Shown in pieces: positions 1 to 10,777 of a stretch of DNA of 20,000 nucleotides (positions within the stretch are counted from its first letter, which is position 1; each line of letters starts with the position of its first letter). Below the pieces are notes generated by a model, which saw only the letters and a program-made list of their open reading frames with translations, did no database searches and had not been told where the DNA came from. The DNA lies in assembly GCA_036172245.1 (NCBI GenBank), contig JAYWIR010000140.1, positions 49,629 to 69,628 on the forward strand, in the 5' to 3' direction. Source of the DNA: Raillietiella orientalis (taxonomy: Eukaryota). The translations under genes were made by a program, and so were the position numbers.

Positions 1-278
1 TTTACATCTTTTGGTGGTTTGTAATCAATTCGTAGTACGGAGATTTCACCACTGCACTTTTGCGCTTCTTCACGAAGCATCCGTTGGCAGCGCGTGGAAA
101 TCTACCGGCATGGATCACCACACTACCTTGCGATTTCTTGCGTTTAGAGGTGGATTAAGAAAAGTCCGACATTTGATTAGGGTGGGACACTTTGCACTCC
201 GTATTGTTTTCATGGCAACCACTGTCGGAATTAGAAAGTGAATTATTTAATTCGATCTGATTCACGGTGTGGTACAAA
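1..278 (+). repeat. Representative monomer (arbitrary phase): TTTACATCTTTTG(C/G)TGGTTTGTAATCAATTCG...GGATTAAGAAAAGTCCGACATTT(G/C)ATTAGGG...GAATTATTTAATTCGATCTGATTCA...AAA
   Basis: Sequence at 1 restarts at 279. Length classes 278 and 277 arise largely from the 1-bp indel CCATTGCAC versus CCATGCAC. Confidence 0.95.
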
Positions 279-699
279 TTTACATCTTTTGCTGGTTTGT
301 AATCAATTCGAAGTGAGGAGATTTCACCATGCACTGTTGCGCTTTTTCACGAAGCATCCGTTGGCAGCGCGAGGCAATCTACCGTCATGGATAACCGCAC
401 TACCTTGCGATTTCCTGGTTTCAGAGGTGGATTAAGAAAAGTCCGACATTTGATTAGGGTGGGACACGTTGCACTCCGTATTGTTTTCATGGCAACCACT
501 GTCGGAGTTAAAAAGTGAATTTTTTAATTCGATCTGATTCACGGTATGGTATAAATTTACATCTTTTGCTGGTTTGTAATAAATTCGTAGTACGGATTTT
601 TCACCATTCAACTTTTGCACTTCTTCACGAAGCATCCGTTGGCAGCCCGAGGCAATCTACCGTCATGGATAACCACATCACCTTGCGATTTCCAGGTTT

Positions 700-2030
700 C
701 AAAGGTGGATTAAGAAAAGTCCGACATTTGATCAGGGTGGGACACTTTGCACTCCGTGTTGTTTTGATGGCAACCACTGTCGGAGATAAAAAGGGAAGTA
801 TTTAATTCGATCTGATTCACGCTATGGTATAAATTTACTTCTTTTGCTGGTTTGTAATCAATTCGAAGTGAGGAGATTTCACCATTGCTCATTTGCACTT
901 GTTCACGAAGCATCCGTCGGCAGCGCGAGGCAATCTACCGTCATGGATCACCGCACTACCTTGCGATTTGTTCTTTTCCGAGGTGTATTAAAAAAAGTCC
1001 GACATTTCATTAGGGCGAGGCACTTTGCACTCCGTGTTATTGTCATGACAACCACTTTTGGGATTTGAAAAGTGAATTATTTAATTCGATCTGGTTCACG
1101 GTATGCTATAAATTTACATCTTTTGGTGGTTTGTAATCAATTCGTAGTACGGAGATTCCACCACTGCACTTTTGCGCTTCTTCACGAAGCATCCGTTGGC
1201 AGCGCGAGACAATCTACCGTCATGGATAACCGCACCATCATGCGATTTCCTGGATTCAGACGTGGATTAAAAAAAGTCCGAAATTTCATTAGGGCGGAAC
1301 ACTTTGCACTGCGTGTTGTTTTCACGGCAACCACTGTCGGAATTAGAAAGGGAATTATTTAATTCGATCTGATTCATTTTATTGTACAAATTAACATCTT
1401 TTGCTGGTTTGTAATCAATTCGAAGTACGGAGTTTTCACCATGCACTGTTGCGCTTTTTCACGAAACATACGTTGGCAGTGCGAGGCAATCTACCGTCAT
1501 GGATAACCGCACCACCTAGCGATTTCCTGGTTTCAGAGGTGGATTAAGAAAAGTCCGACATTTGATTAGGGTGGGACACGTTGCACTCCGTGTTGTTTTG
1601 ATGGCAACCACTGTCGGAGATAAAAAGGGAATTATTTAATTCGATCTGATTCACGGTATGGTATAAATTTACATGTTTTGCTGGTTTGTAATCAATTCGA
1701 AGTGAGGAGATTTCACCATTGCTCATTTGCACTTCTTCACGAAGCATCCGTCGGCAGGGCGAGGCAATCTACCATCATGGATCACCGCACCACCTTGCGA
1801 TTTGCTCTTTTCCGAGGTGTATTAAAAAAAGTCCGACATTTCATTAGGGCGAGGCACCTTGCACTCCGTGTTATTGTCATGACAACCACTTTCGGAATTG
1901 AAAATTGAATTATTTAATTCGATCTGATTCACGATATGCTATAAATTTACATCTTTTGGTGGTTTGTAATCAATTCGTAGTACGGAGATTCCACCACTGC
2001 ACTTTTGCGCTTCTTCACGAAGAATCCGTT
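700..2030 (+). repeat. Older 3-monomer duplication (834 bp offset)
   Basis: The rare monomer with attgctcatttgcac and cttttccgaggtgtattaaaaaaag occurs at ~835-1110 and ~1668-1945. Flanks also match (gataaaaaggga before; tatgctata and gattccaccactgc after). ORFs 710/1544 and 844/1678. Confidence 0.85.
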
Positions 2031-3888
2031 GGCAGCGTGTGGAAATCTACCGGCATGGATCAAATCACTACCTTTCGATTTCCTGCGTTTAGAGGTGGAT
2101 GAAGAACAGTCCGACATTTCATTAGGGCGGAACACTTTGCACTGCGTGTTGTTTTCATGGCAATCACTATCGGAATTAGAAAGCGAATTATTTAATTGGA
2201 TCTGATTCACGGTATGGTATAAATTTAAATCTATTGCTGGTTTGTAATCAATTCGTAGTACGGAGATTTCACCATTGCACTGTTGCGCTTTTTCACGAAA
2301 CATACGTTGCCTGTACGAGGCAATCTACCTGTCATGGATAACCGCACAACCTTCCGATTTCCTGGTTTCAGAGGTGGATTAAGAAACGTCCGACATTTGA
2401 TTTGGGTGGGACACTTTGCACTCCGTATTGTTTTCATGGCAACCACTATCGGAATTAGAAAGTGAATCATTTAATTGCATCTGATTCATTTTATGGTACA
2501 AATTTACATCTTTTGCTGGTTTGTAATCAATTCGAAGTACGGAGATTTCACCATTGCACTTTTGCGCTTCTTCACGAAGCAACCGTTGGCATCGCGAGGA
2601 AATCTACCGGCATGGATCACCACACTACCTTGCGATTTCCTGCGTTTAGAGGTGGATGAAGAACAGTCCGACATTTCATTAGGGCGGGGCACTTTGCACG
2701 CCGTGTTGTTTTCAAGAAAACCACTGTCGGAATTGAAATGCGAATTATTTAATTCGATCTGATTTATTTTATGGTACAAATTTACATCTTTTGCTGGTTT
2801 GTAATCAATTCGTAGTGAGGAGATTTCACCATGCACTGTTGCGCTTTTTCACGAAACATACGTTGGCAGTGCGAGGCAAGCTACCGTCATGGATAACCGC
2901 ACAACCTTCCGATTTCCTGGTTTCAGAGGTGGATTAAGAAAAGTCAGACATTTGATTAGGGTGGGACACTTTGCACTCCGTATTGTTTTCATAGCAACCA
3001 CTGTCGGATTTAGAAAGTGAATAATTTAATTCGATCTGATTCATTTTATGGTACAAATTTCCAACTTTTGCTGGTTTGTACTCAATTCGAAGTGAGGAGA
3101 TTTCACCATGCACTGTTGCGCTTTTTCACGAAACATCCGTTCGCAGCCCGAGGCAATCTACCGTCATGAATAACCGCACCACCTTGCGATTTAATGGTTT
3201 CACAGGTGGATTAAGAAAATTCCGACATTTGATTAGGGTGGGACACTTTGCACTCCGTTTTCTTTGATGGCAACCACTGTCGGAGATAAAAAGTGAATTA
3301 CTTAATTGGATTTGATTCATGGTGTGGTACAAATTTACATCTTTTGCTGGTTTGTAATCAATTCGAAGTGAGGAGATTTCGCCATGCACTGTTGCGCTTT
3401 TTCACGAAACATCCGTTGGCAGCGCGAGGAAATCTACCGGCATGGATCACCAAACTACCTTGCGATTTCCTGCGTTTAAAGGTGGATGAAGAACAGTCCG
3501 ACATTTCATTAGGGCGGGGCACTTTGCACGCCGTGTTGTTTTCATGGCAACCACTGTCGGAATTGTTATGCGAATTATTTGATTCGATCTGATTCACGGC
3601 ATTGTATAAATTTACATCTTTTGCTGGTTTGTAATCAATTCGTAGTTCGGAGATTTCACCATTGCACTTTTGCGCTTTTTCACGAAACATACGTTGGCTG
3701 TGCAAGGCAATCTACCGTCATGGATAACCGCACAACCTTCCGATTTCCTGGTTTCAGAGGTGGATTAAGAAAAGTCCGACATTTGATTTGGGAGGGACAC
3801 TTTGTACTCCGTATTGTTTTCATGGCAACCACTATCGGAATTAGAAAATGAATTATTTAATTCGATCTGATTCATTTTATGGTACAAA

Positions 3889-6400
3889 TTTACATCTTTT
3901 GCTGGTTTGTAATCAATTCGAAGTACGGAGATTTCACCATTGCACTTTTAGCTTCCTCACGAAGCATCCGTTGGCAGCGCGAGGAAATCTACCGGCATGG
4001 ATCACCACACTCCCTTGCGATTTCCTACGTTTAGAGGTGGATGAAGAACAGTCCGACATTTGATTTAGGGCGGGGCACTTTGCACGCCGTGTTGTTTTCA
4101 TGGCAACTACTGTCGGAATTGAAATGCGAATTACTTAATTCGATCTGATTCATTTTATGGTACAAATTTACATCTTTTTCTGGTTTGTAATCAATTCGAA
4201 GTACGGATATTTCACCATGCACTGTTGCGCTTTTTCACGAAGCATCCGTTGGCAGCCCGAGGCAATCTACCGTCATGGATAACCGCACCACCTTGCGATT
4301 TCCTGGTTTCAAAGGTGGATTAAGAAAAGTCCGACATTTGATTAGGGTGGTACGCTTAGCTGTCCGTGTTGTTTTGATGGCAACCACTGTCGGAGATAAA
4401 AAGTGAATTATTAAATTGGATCTGATCCACGGTATGGTATAAGTTTACATCTTTTGCTGGTTTGTAATCAATTCGTAGTACGGAGATTTCACCATGCACT
4501 GTTGCGGTTTTTCACGAAACATCCGATGGCAGCCCGAGGCAATCTACCGTCATTTATAACCGCACCACCTTGCGATTTCCTGGTTTCAGAGGTGGATTAA
4601 GAAAAGTCCGACATTTGATTAAAGTGGGACGCTTTGCACTCCGTATTGTTTCAACGGCAAGCACTGTCGGAATTACAAGGTGAATTATTTAATTCGATCT
4701 GATTCATGGTGTGGTACAAATTTACATCTTTTGCTGGTTTGTAATCAATTCGAAGTGAGGAGATTTCACCATTGCACTTTTGCGCTTTTTCACGACGCAT
4801 CCGTTGGCAGCGCGAGGCAATCTACCGTCATGGATAACCGCACTCCATGCGAGTTCCTGGTTTCAGAGGTGGATTAAGAAAAGTCCGACATTTCATTAGA
4901 ACGGGGCACTTTGAACTCCGTGTTGTTTTCATGGCAACCACTATCGGAATTAGAAAGTGAATTATTTAATTCGATCTGATTCATTTTATGGTACAAATTT
5001 ACATCTTTTGCTGGATTGTAATCAATTCGAAGTACGGAGATTTCACCATGCACTGTTGCGCTTTTTCACGACGCATCCGTTGGCAGCGCGAGGCAATCTA
5101 CCGTCATGGATAACCGCACTCCATGCGAGTTCCTGGTTTCAGAGGTGGATTAAGAAAAGTCCGACATTTCATTAGAACGGGGCACTTTGAACTCCGTGTT
5201 GTTTTGATGGCAACCACTGTCGGAGATAAAAAGTGAATTACTTAAACGGATCTGATTCATGGTGTGCTACAAATTTACATGTTTTGCTGGTTTGTAAACA
5301 ATTCGAAGTACGGAGATTTCACCATTGCACTTTTGAGCTTCTTCACGAAGCATCCGTTGGCAGCGCGAGGAAATCTACCGGCATGGATCACCACACTACC
5401 TTGCGATTTCCTACGTTTAGAGGTGGATGAAGAACAGTCCGACATTTGATTTAGGGCGGGGCACTTTGCACGCCGTGTTGTTTTCATGGCAACCACAGTC
5501 GGATTTGAAATGCGAATTATTTAATTCGATCTGATTCACGGTATGGTATAAATTTACAACTTTTGCAGGTTTGTAATCAATTCGATGTGAGGAGATTTCA
5601 CCATACACTGTTGCGGTGTTTCACGAAACATCCGTTGGCATCCCGAGGCAATCTACCGTCATGGATAACCGCACCACCTTGCGATTTCCTGGTTTCAGAG
5701 GTGAATTAAGAAAAGTCCGACATCTGATTAGGGTGGGACAATTTGCACTCCGTGTTGTTTTGATGGCAACCACTGTCGGAGATAAAAAGTGAATTATTAA
5801 ATTGGATCTGATTCACGGTATGGTATAAGTTTACATCTTTTGCTGGTTTGCAATCAATTCGTAGTACGGAGATTTCACCATGCACTGTTGCGGTTTTTCA
5901 CGAAACATCCGTTGGCACCCCGAGGCAATCTACCGTCATGGATAACCGCACCACCTTGCGATTTCCTGGTTTCAGAGGTGGATTAAGAAAAGTCCGACAT
6001 TTGATTAGGGTGGGACACTTTGCACTACGTACTGTTTTCACGGCAACCACTGTCGGAATTAGAAAGTGAATTCTTGAATTCGATCTGATTCATGGTGTGG
6101 TACAAATTTACATCTTTTGCTGGTTTGTAATCAATTCGAAGTGAGGAGATTTCACCATTGCACTTTTGCGCCTTTTCACGACGCATCCGTTGGCAGCGCG
6201 AGGCAATCTACCCTCATGGATAACCGCACTCCATGCGAGTTCCTGGTTTCAGAGGTGGATTAAGAAAAGTCCGACATTTCATTAGAACGGGGCACTTTGA
6301 ACTCCGTGTTGTTTTGATAGCAACCTCTGTCGGAGATAAAAAAAGAATTACTTAAACGGATCTGATTCATGGTGTGGTACAAATTTACATCTTTTGCTGG
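3889..6400 (+). repeat. Older local HOR: 5-monomer copy followed by 4-monomer copy
   Basis: Private variants cctacgtttag and tgatttagggcgggg at ~4024/5410, tataagtttac at ~4440/5826 and cacgacgcat at 4791/6177 all have offset 1386. cttaaacgga at 5241/6351 has offset 1110. Confidence 0.8.
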
Positions 6401-7172
6401 TTTGTAATCAATTCGAAGTGAGGAGATTTCAACATGCACTGTTGCGCTTTTTCACGAAACATCCGTTATCAGCGCGAGGCAATCTACCGTCATGGATAAC
6501 CGCACCACCTTGCGATTTCCTGGTTTCAGAGGTGGATTAAGAAAAGTCCGAAATTTGATTAGGGTGGGACACGTTGCTCTCCGTGTTGTTTTGATGGCAA
6601 CGACTGTCGTAGTTAAAAAGTGAATTTTTTAGTTCGATCTGATTCACGGTATGGTGTAAATTTACATCTTTTGCTGGTTTGTAATCAATTCGTAGTACGG
6701 AGATTTCACCATGCACTGTTGCGCTTTTTCACGAAGCATCCGTTGGCAGCCCGAGGCAATCTACCGTCATGGATAACCGCACCACCTTGCGATTTCCTGG
6801 TTTCAGAGGTGGATTAAGAAAAGTCCGACATTTGATTAGGGTGGGACACTTTCCACTTTGTATTGTTTTCATAGCAACCACTGTCGGAATTAGAAAGTGA
6901 ATAATTTAATTCGATCTGATTCATTTTATGGTACAAATTTCCATCTTTTGCTGGTTTGTAATCAATTCGAAGTGAGGAGATTTCACCATGCACTGTTGCG
7001 CTTTTCCAAGAAACATCCGTTGGCAGCCCGAGGCAATCTACCGTCATGAATAACCGCACCACCTTGCGATTTCCTGGTTTCACAGGTGGATTAAGAAAAG
7101 TCCGACATTTGATTAGGGTGGGACACTTTGCACTCCGTTTTGTTTGATGGCAACCACTGTCGGAGATAAAAA

Positions 7173-10100
7173 GTGAATTACTTAATTGGATCTGATTCAT
7201 GGTGTGGTACAAATTTACATCTTTTGCTGGTTTGTAGTCAATTCAGAGTGAGGAGATTTCACCATGCACTGTTGCGCTTTTTCACGAAACATCCGTTGGC
7301 AGCGCGAGGAAATCTACCTGCATGGATCACCAAACTACCTTGCGATTTCCTGCGTTTAGAGTTGGATGAAGAACAGTCCGACATTTCATTAGGGCGGTGC
7401 ACTTTGCACGCCGTGTTGTTTTCATGGCAACCACTGTCCGAATTGTTATGCGAATTATTTAATTCGATCTGATTTACGGTATTGTATATATTTACATCTT
7501 TTGCTGGTTTGTAATCAATTCGTAGTTCGGAGATTTCACCATTGCACTTTTGCGCTTTTTCACGAAACATACGTTGGCTGTGCAAGGCAATCTACCGTCA
7601 TGGATAACCGCACCACCTTGCGATTTCCTGGTTTCAGAGGTGGATTAAGAAAAGTCCGACATTTGTTTTGGGAGGGACACTTTGCACTCCGTGTTGTTTT
7701 CATGGAAACCACTATCGGAATTAGAAAGTGAATTATTTAATTCGATCTGATTCATGGTGTGGTACAAATTTACATCTTTTGCTGGTTTGTAATCAATTCG
7801 AAGTGAGGAGATTTCACCATTGCTCATTTGTGCTTCTTCACGAAGCATCCGTCGGCAGCGCGAGGCAATCTACCGTCATGGATCACCGCACCACCTTGCG
7901 ATTTGCTCTTTTCCGAGGTGTATTAAAAAAAGTCCGACATTTCATTAGGGCGAGGCACCTTGCACTCCGTGTTATTTTCATGACAACCACTTTCGGAATT
8001 GAAAAGTGAATTATTTAATTCGATCTGATTCACGGTATGCTATAAATTTACATCTTTTCGTGGTTTGTAATCAATTCGTAGTACGGAGATTCCACCACTG
8101 CACTTTTGCGCTTCTTCACGAAGCATCCGTTAACAGCGTGTGGAAATCTACCGGCATGGATCACCACACTACCTTGCGATTTCTTGCGTTTAGAGGTGGA
8201 TTAAGAAAAGCCCGACATTTGATTATGGTGGGACACTTTGCACTCCGTATTGTTTTCATGGCAACCACTGTCGGAATTAGAAAGTGAATTATTTAATTCG
8301 ATCTGATTCACGGTGTGGTACAAATTTGCATCTTTTGCTGGTTTGTAATCAATTCGAAGTGAGGAGATTTTATCATGCACTGTTGCGTTTTTCACGAAGC
8401 ATCCGTCGGCAGCGCGAGGCAATCTACCGTCATGGATAACCGCACTACCTTGCGATTCCCTGGTTTCAGAGGTGGATTAAGAAAAGTCCGACATTTGATT
8501 AGGGTGGGACACGTTGAACTCCGTATTGTTTTCATGGCAACCACTATCGGAATTAGAAAGCGAATTATTTAATTCGATCTGATTCATTTTATGGTACAAA
8601 TTAACATCTTTTGCTGGTTTGTAATCAATTCGTAGTACGGAGATTTCACCATTGCACTGTTGCGCTTTTTCACGAAATATACGTTGGCAGTGCGAGGGAA
8701 TCTACCGTCATGGATAACCGCACCACCTTGCGATTTCCTGGTTTCAGAGGTGGATTAAGAAAAGTCCGACATTTGATTAGGGTGGGACACTTTGAACTCC
8801 GTGTTGTTTTGATGGCAACCACTTTCGGAGATAAAAACTAAATTATTTAATTGGATCTGATTCACGGTATGGTATAAATTTAAATCTATTGCTGGTTTGT
8901 AATCAATTCGTAGTACGGAGATTTCACCATTGCACTGTTGCGCTTTTTCACGAAACATACGTTGGCAGTGTGAGGCAATCTACCGTCATGCATAACCGCA
9001 CCACCTTGCGATTTCCTGGTTTCAGAGGTGAATTAAGAAACGTCCGACATTTGATTAGGGTGGGACACTTTGCACTCCGTATTGTTTTCATGGCAACCAC
9101 TGTCGGAATTAGAAAGTGAATTATTTAATTCGATCTGATTCACGGTGTGGTACAAATTTGCATCTTTTGCTGGTTTGTAATCAATTCGAAGTGAGGAGAT
9201 TTTATCATGCACTGTTGCGTTTTTCACGAAGCATCCGTCGGCAGCGCGAGGCAATCTACCGTCATGGATAACCGCACTACCTTGCGATTCCCTGGTTTCA
9301 GAGGTGGATTAAGAAAAGTCCGACATTTGATTAGGGTGGGACACGTTGCACTCCGTATTGTTTTCATGGCAACCACTATCGGAATTAGAAAGCGAATTAT
9401 TTAATTCGATCTGATTCATTTTATGGTACAAATTAACATCTTTTGCTGGTTTGTAATCAATTCGTAGTACGGAGATTTCACCATGCACTGTTGCGCTTTT
9501 TCACGAAGCATCCGTTGGCAGCGCGAGGCAATCTACCGTCATGGATAACCGCACCATCATGCGATTTCCTGGTTTCAGAGGTGGATTAAGAAAAGTCCGA
9601 CATTTCATTAGGGCGGAACACTTTGCACTCCGTGTTGTTTTCATGGCAACCACTTTCGGAGTTAAAAAGTGAATTATTTAATTCGATCTGATTCACGGTA
9701 TGGTATAAATTTACATCTTTTGCTGGTTTGTAATCAATTCGAAGTACGGAGATTTCACCATTGCACTGTTGCGCTTTTTCACGAAGCATCCGTTGGCAGC
9801 GCGAGGAAATCTACCGGCATGGATCACCACACTACCTTTCGATTTCCTGCGTTTAGAGGTGGATGAAGAACAGTCCGACATTTCATTAGGGCGGGGCACT
9901 TTGCACGCCGTGTTGTTTTCAGAGCAACCACTGTCGGAATTGAAATGCGAATTATTTAATTCGATCTGATTCACGGTATGGTATGAATTTACATCTTTTG
10001 CCTGTTTGTAATCAATTCGAAGTACGGAGATTTCACCATGCACTGTTGCGGTTTTTCACGAAACATCCGTTGGCAGCCCGAGGCAATCTACCGTCATGGA

Positions 10101-10777
10101 TAACCGCACTACCTTGCGATTTCCTGGATTCAGAGGTGGATTAAGAAAAGTCCGACATTTGATTAGGGTGGGACACTTTGCACTCCGTATTGTTTTCACG
10201 GCAACCAGTGTCGGAATAAGAAAGTGAATTCTTTAATTCGATCTGATTCATGGTGTAATACAAATTTACATCTTTTGCTGGTTTGTAATCAATTCGAAGT
10301 GAGGAGATTTCACCATTGCACTTTTGCGCTTTTTCACGACGCATTTGTTGGCAGCGCGAGGAAATCTACCGGCATGGATCACCAAACTACCTTGCGATTT
10401 CCTGCGTTTAGAGGTGGATAAAGAACAGTCCGACATTTCATTAGGGCGGGGCACTTTGCACGCCGTGTTGTTTTCATGGCAACCACTGTCGGAATTGTTA
10501 TGCGAATTATTTTATTCGATCTGATTCACGGTATTGTATAAATTTACATCTTTTGCTGGTTTGTAATAATTCGTAGTACGGAGATTTCACCATTGCACTT
10601 TTGCGCTTTTTCACGAAACATACGTTGGCTTTGCGAGAGAATCTACCGTCATGGATAACCGCACAACCTTCCGATTTCCTGGTTTCAGAGGTGGATTAAG
10701 AAAAGTCCGACATTTGATTAGGGTGGGACACTTTGCACTCCGTTTTGTTTGATGGCAACCACTGTCGGAGATAAAAA
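7173..10777 (+). repeat. HOR unit copy 1, 13 monomers (3605 bp)
   Basis: Diagnostic monomer (tttgtagtcaattcagagtg; tttagagttggatgaag; ctgtccgaattgttatg) and the following monomers recur at offset 3605. Identical ORF translations at 7173/10778, 7501/11106, 8006/11611 and 8375/11980. Confidence 0.9.

Noticed and set aside
28..44. CENP-B-box-like ATTCGTAGTACGGAGA
   Set aside because: It has TTCG-N4-A but lacks the correctly spaced CGGG of NTTCGNNNNANNCGGGN, and about half the monomers carry TTCGAAGTGAGG instead.
177..186. Telomeric hexamer TTAGGG and G-runs (TTAGGGTGGG / TTAGGGCGGGG) in most monomers
   Set aside because: A single non-tandem hexamer in a 278-bp unit is plausible by chance, and only two G3+ runs occur per monomer, too few for a canonical G-quadruplex.
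36..229. Long-range 7-bp inverted repeats TCCGACA/TGTCGGA (165-171/223-229) and TACGGAG/CTCCGTA (36-42/197-203), suggesting MITE ends or structured RNA
   Set aside because: About two such 7-bp matches are expected by chance in 278 bp. No compensatory changes (TATCGGA and TTTCGGA variants break pairing) and no target-site duplications are seen.
257..264. Hammerhead ribozyme as in newt, schistosome or cricket satellites (CTGATTCA resembles the CUGANGA core)
   Set aside because: The motif reads CTGATTC, not CTGANGA, and no TCNTCAG is seen for the minus strand. An Infernal/Rfam scan would be the definitive test.
1..278. Tandem RNA gene cluster (5S rRNA, tRNA, SL RNA, snRNA)
   Set aside because: No recognisable 5S or tRNA sequence, Pol III A/B boxes or Sm site, and no contrast between a conserved gene and a variable spacer within the unit.
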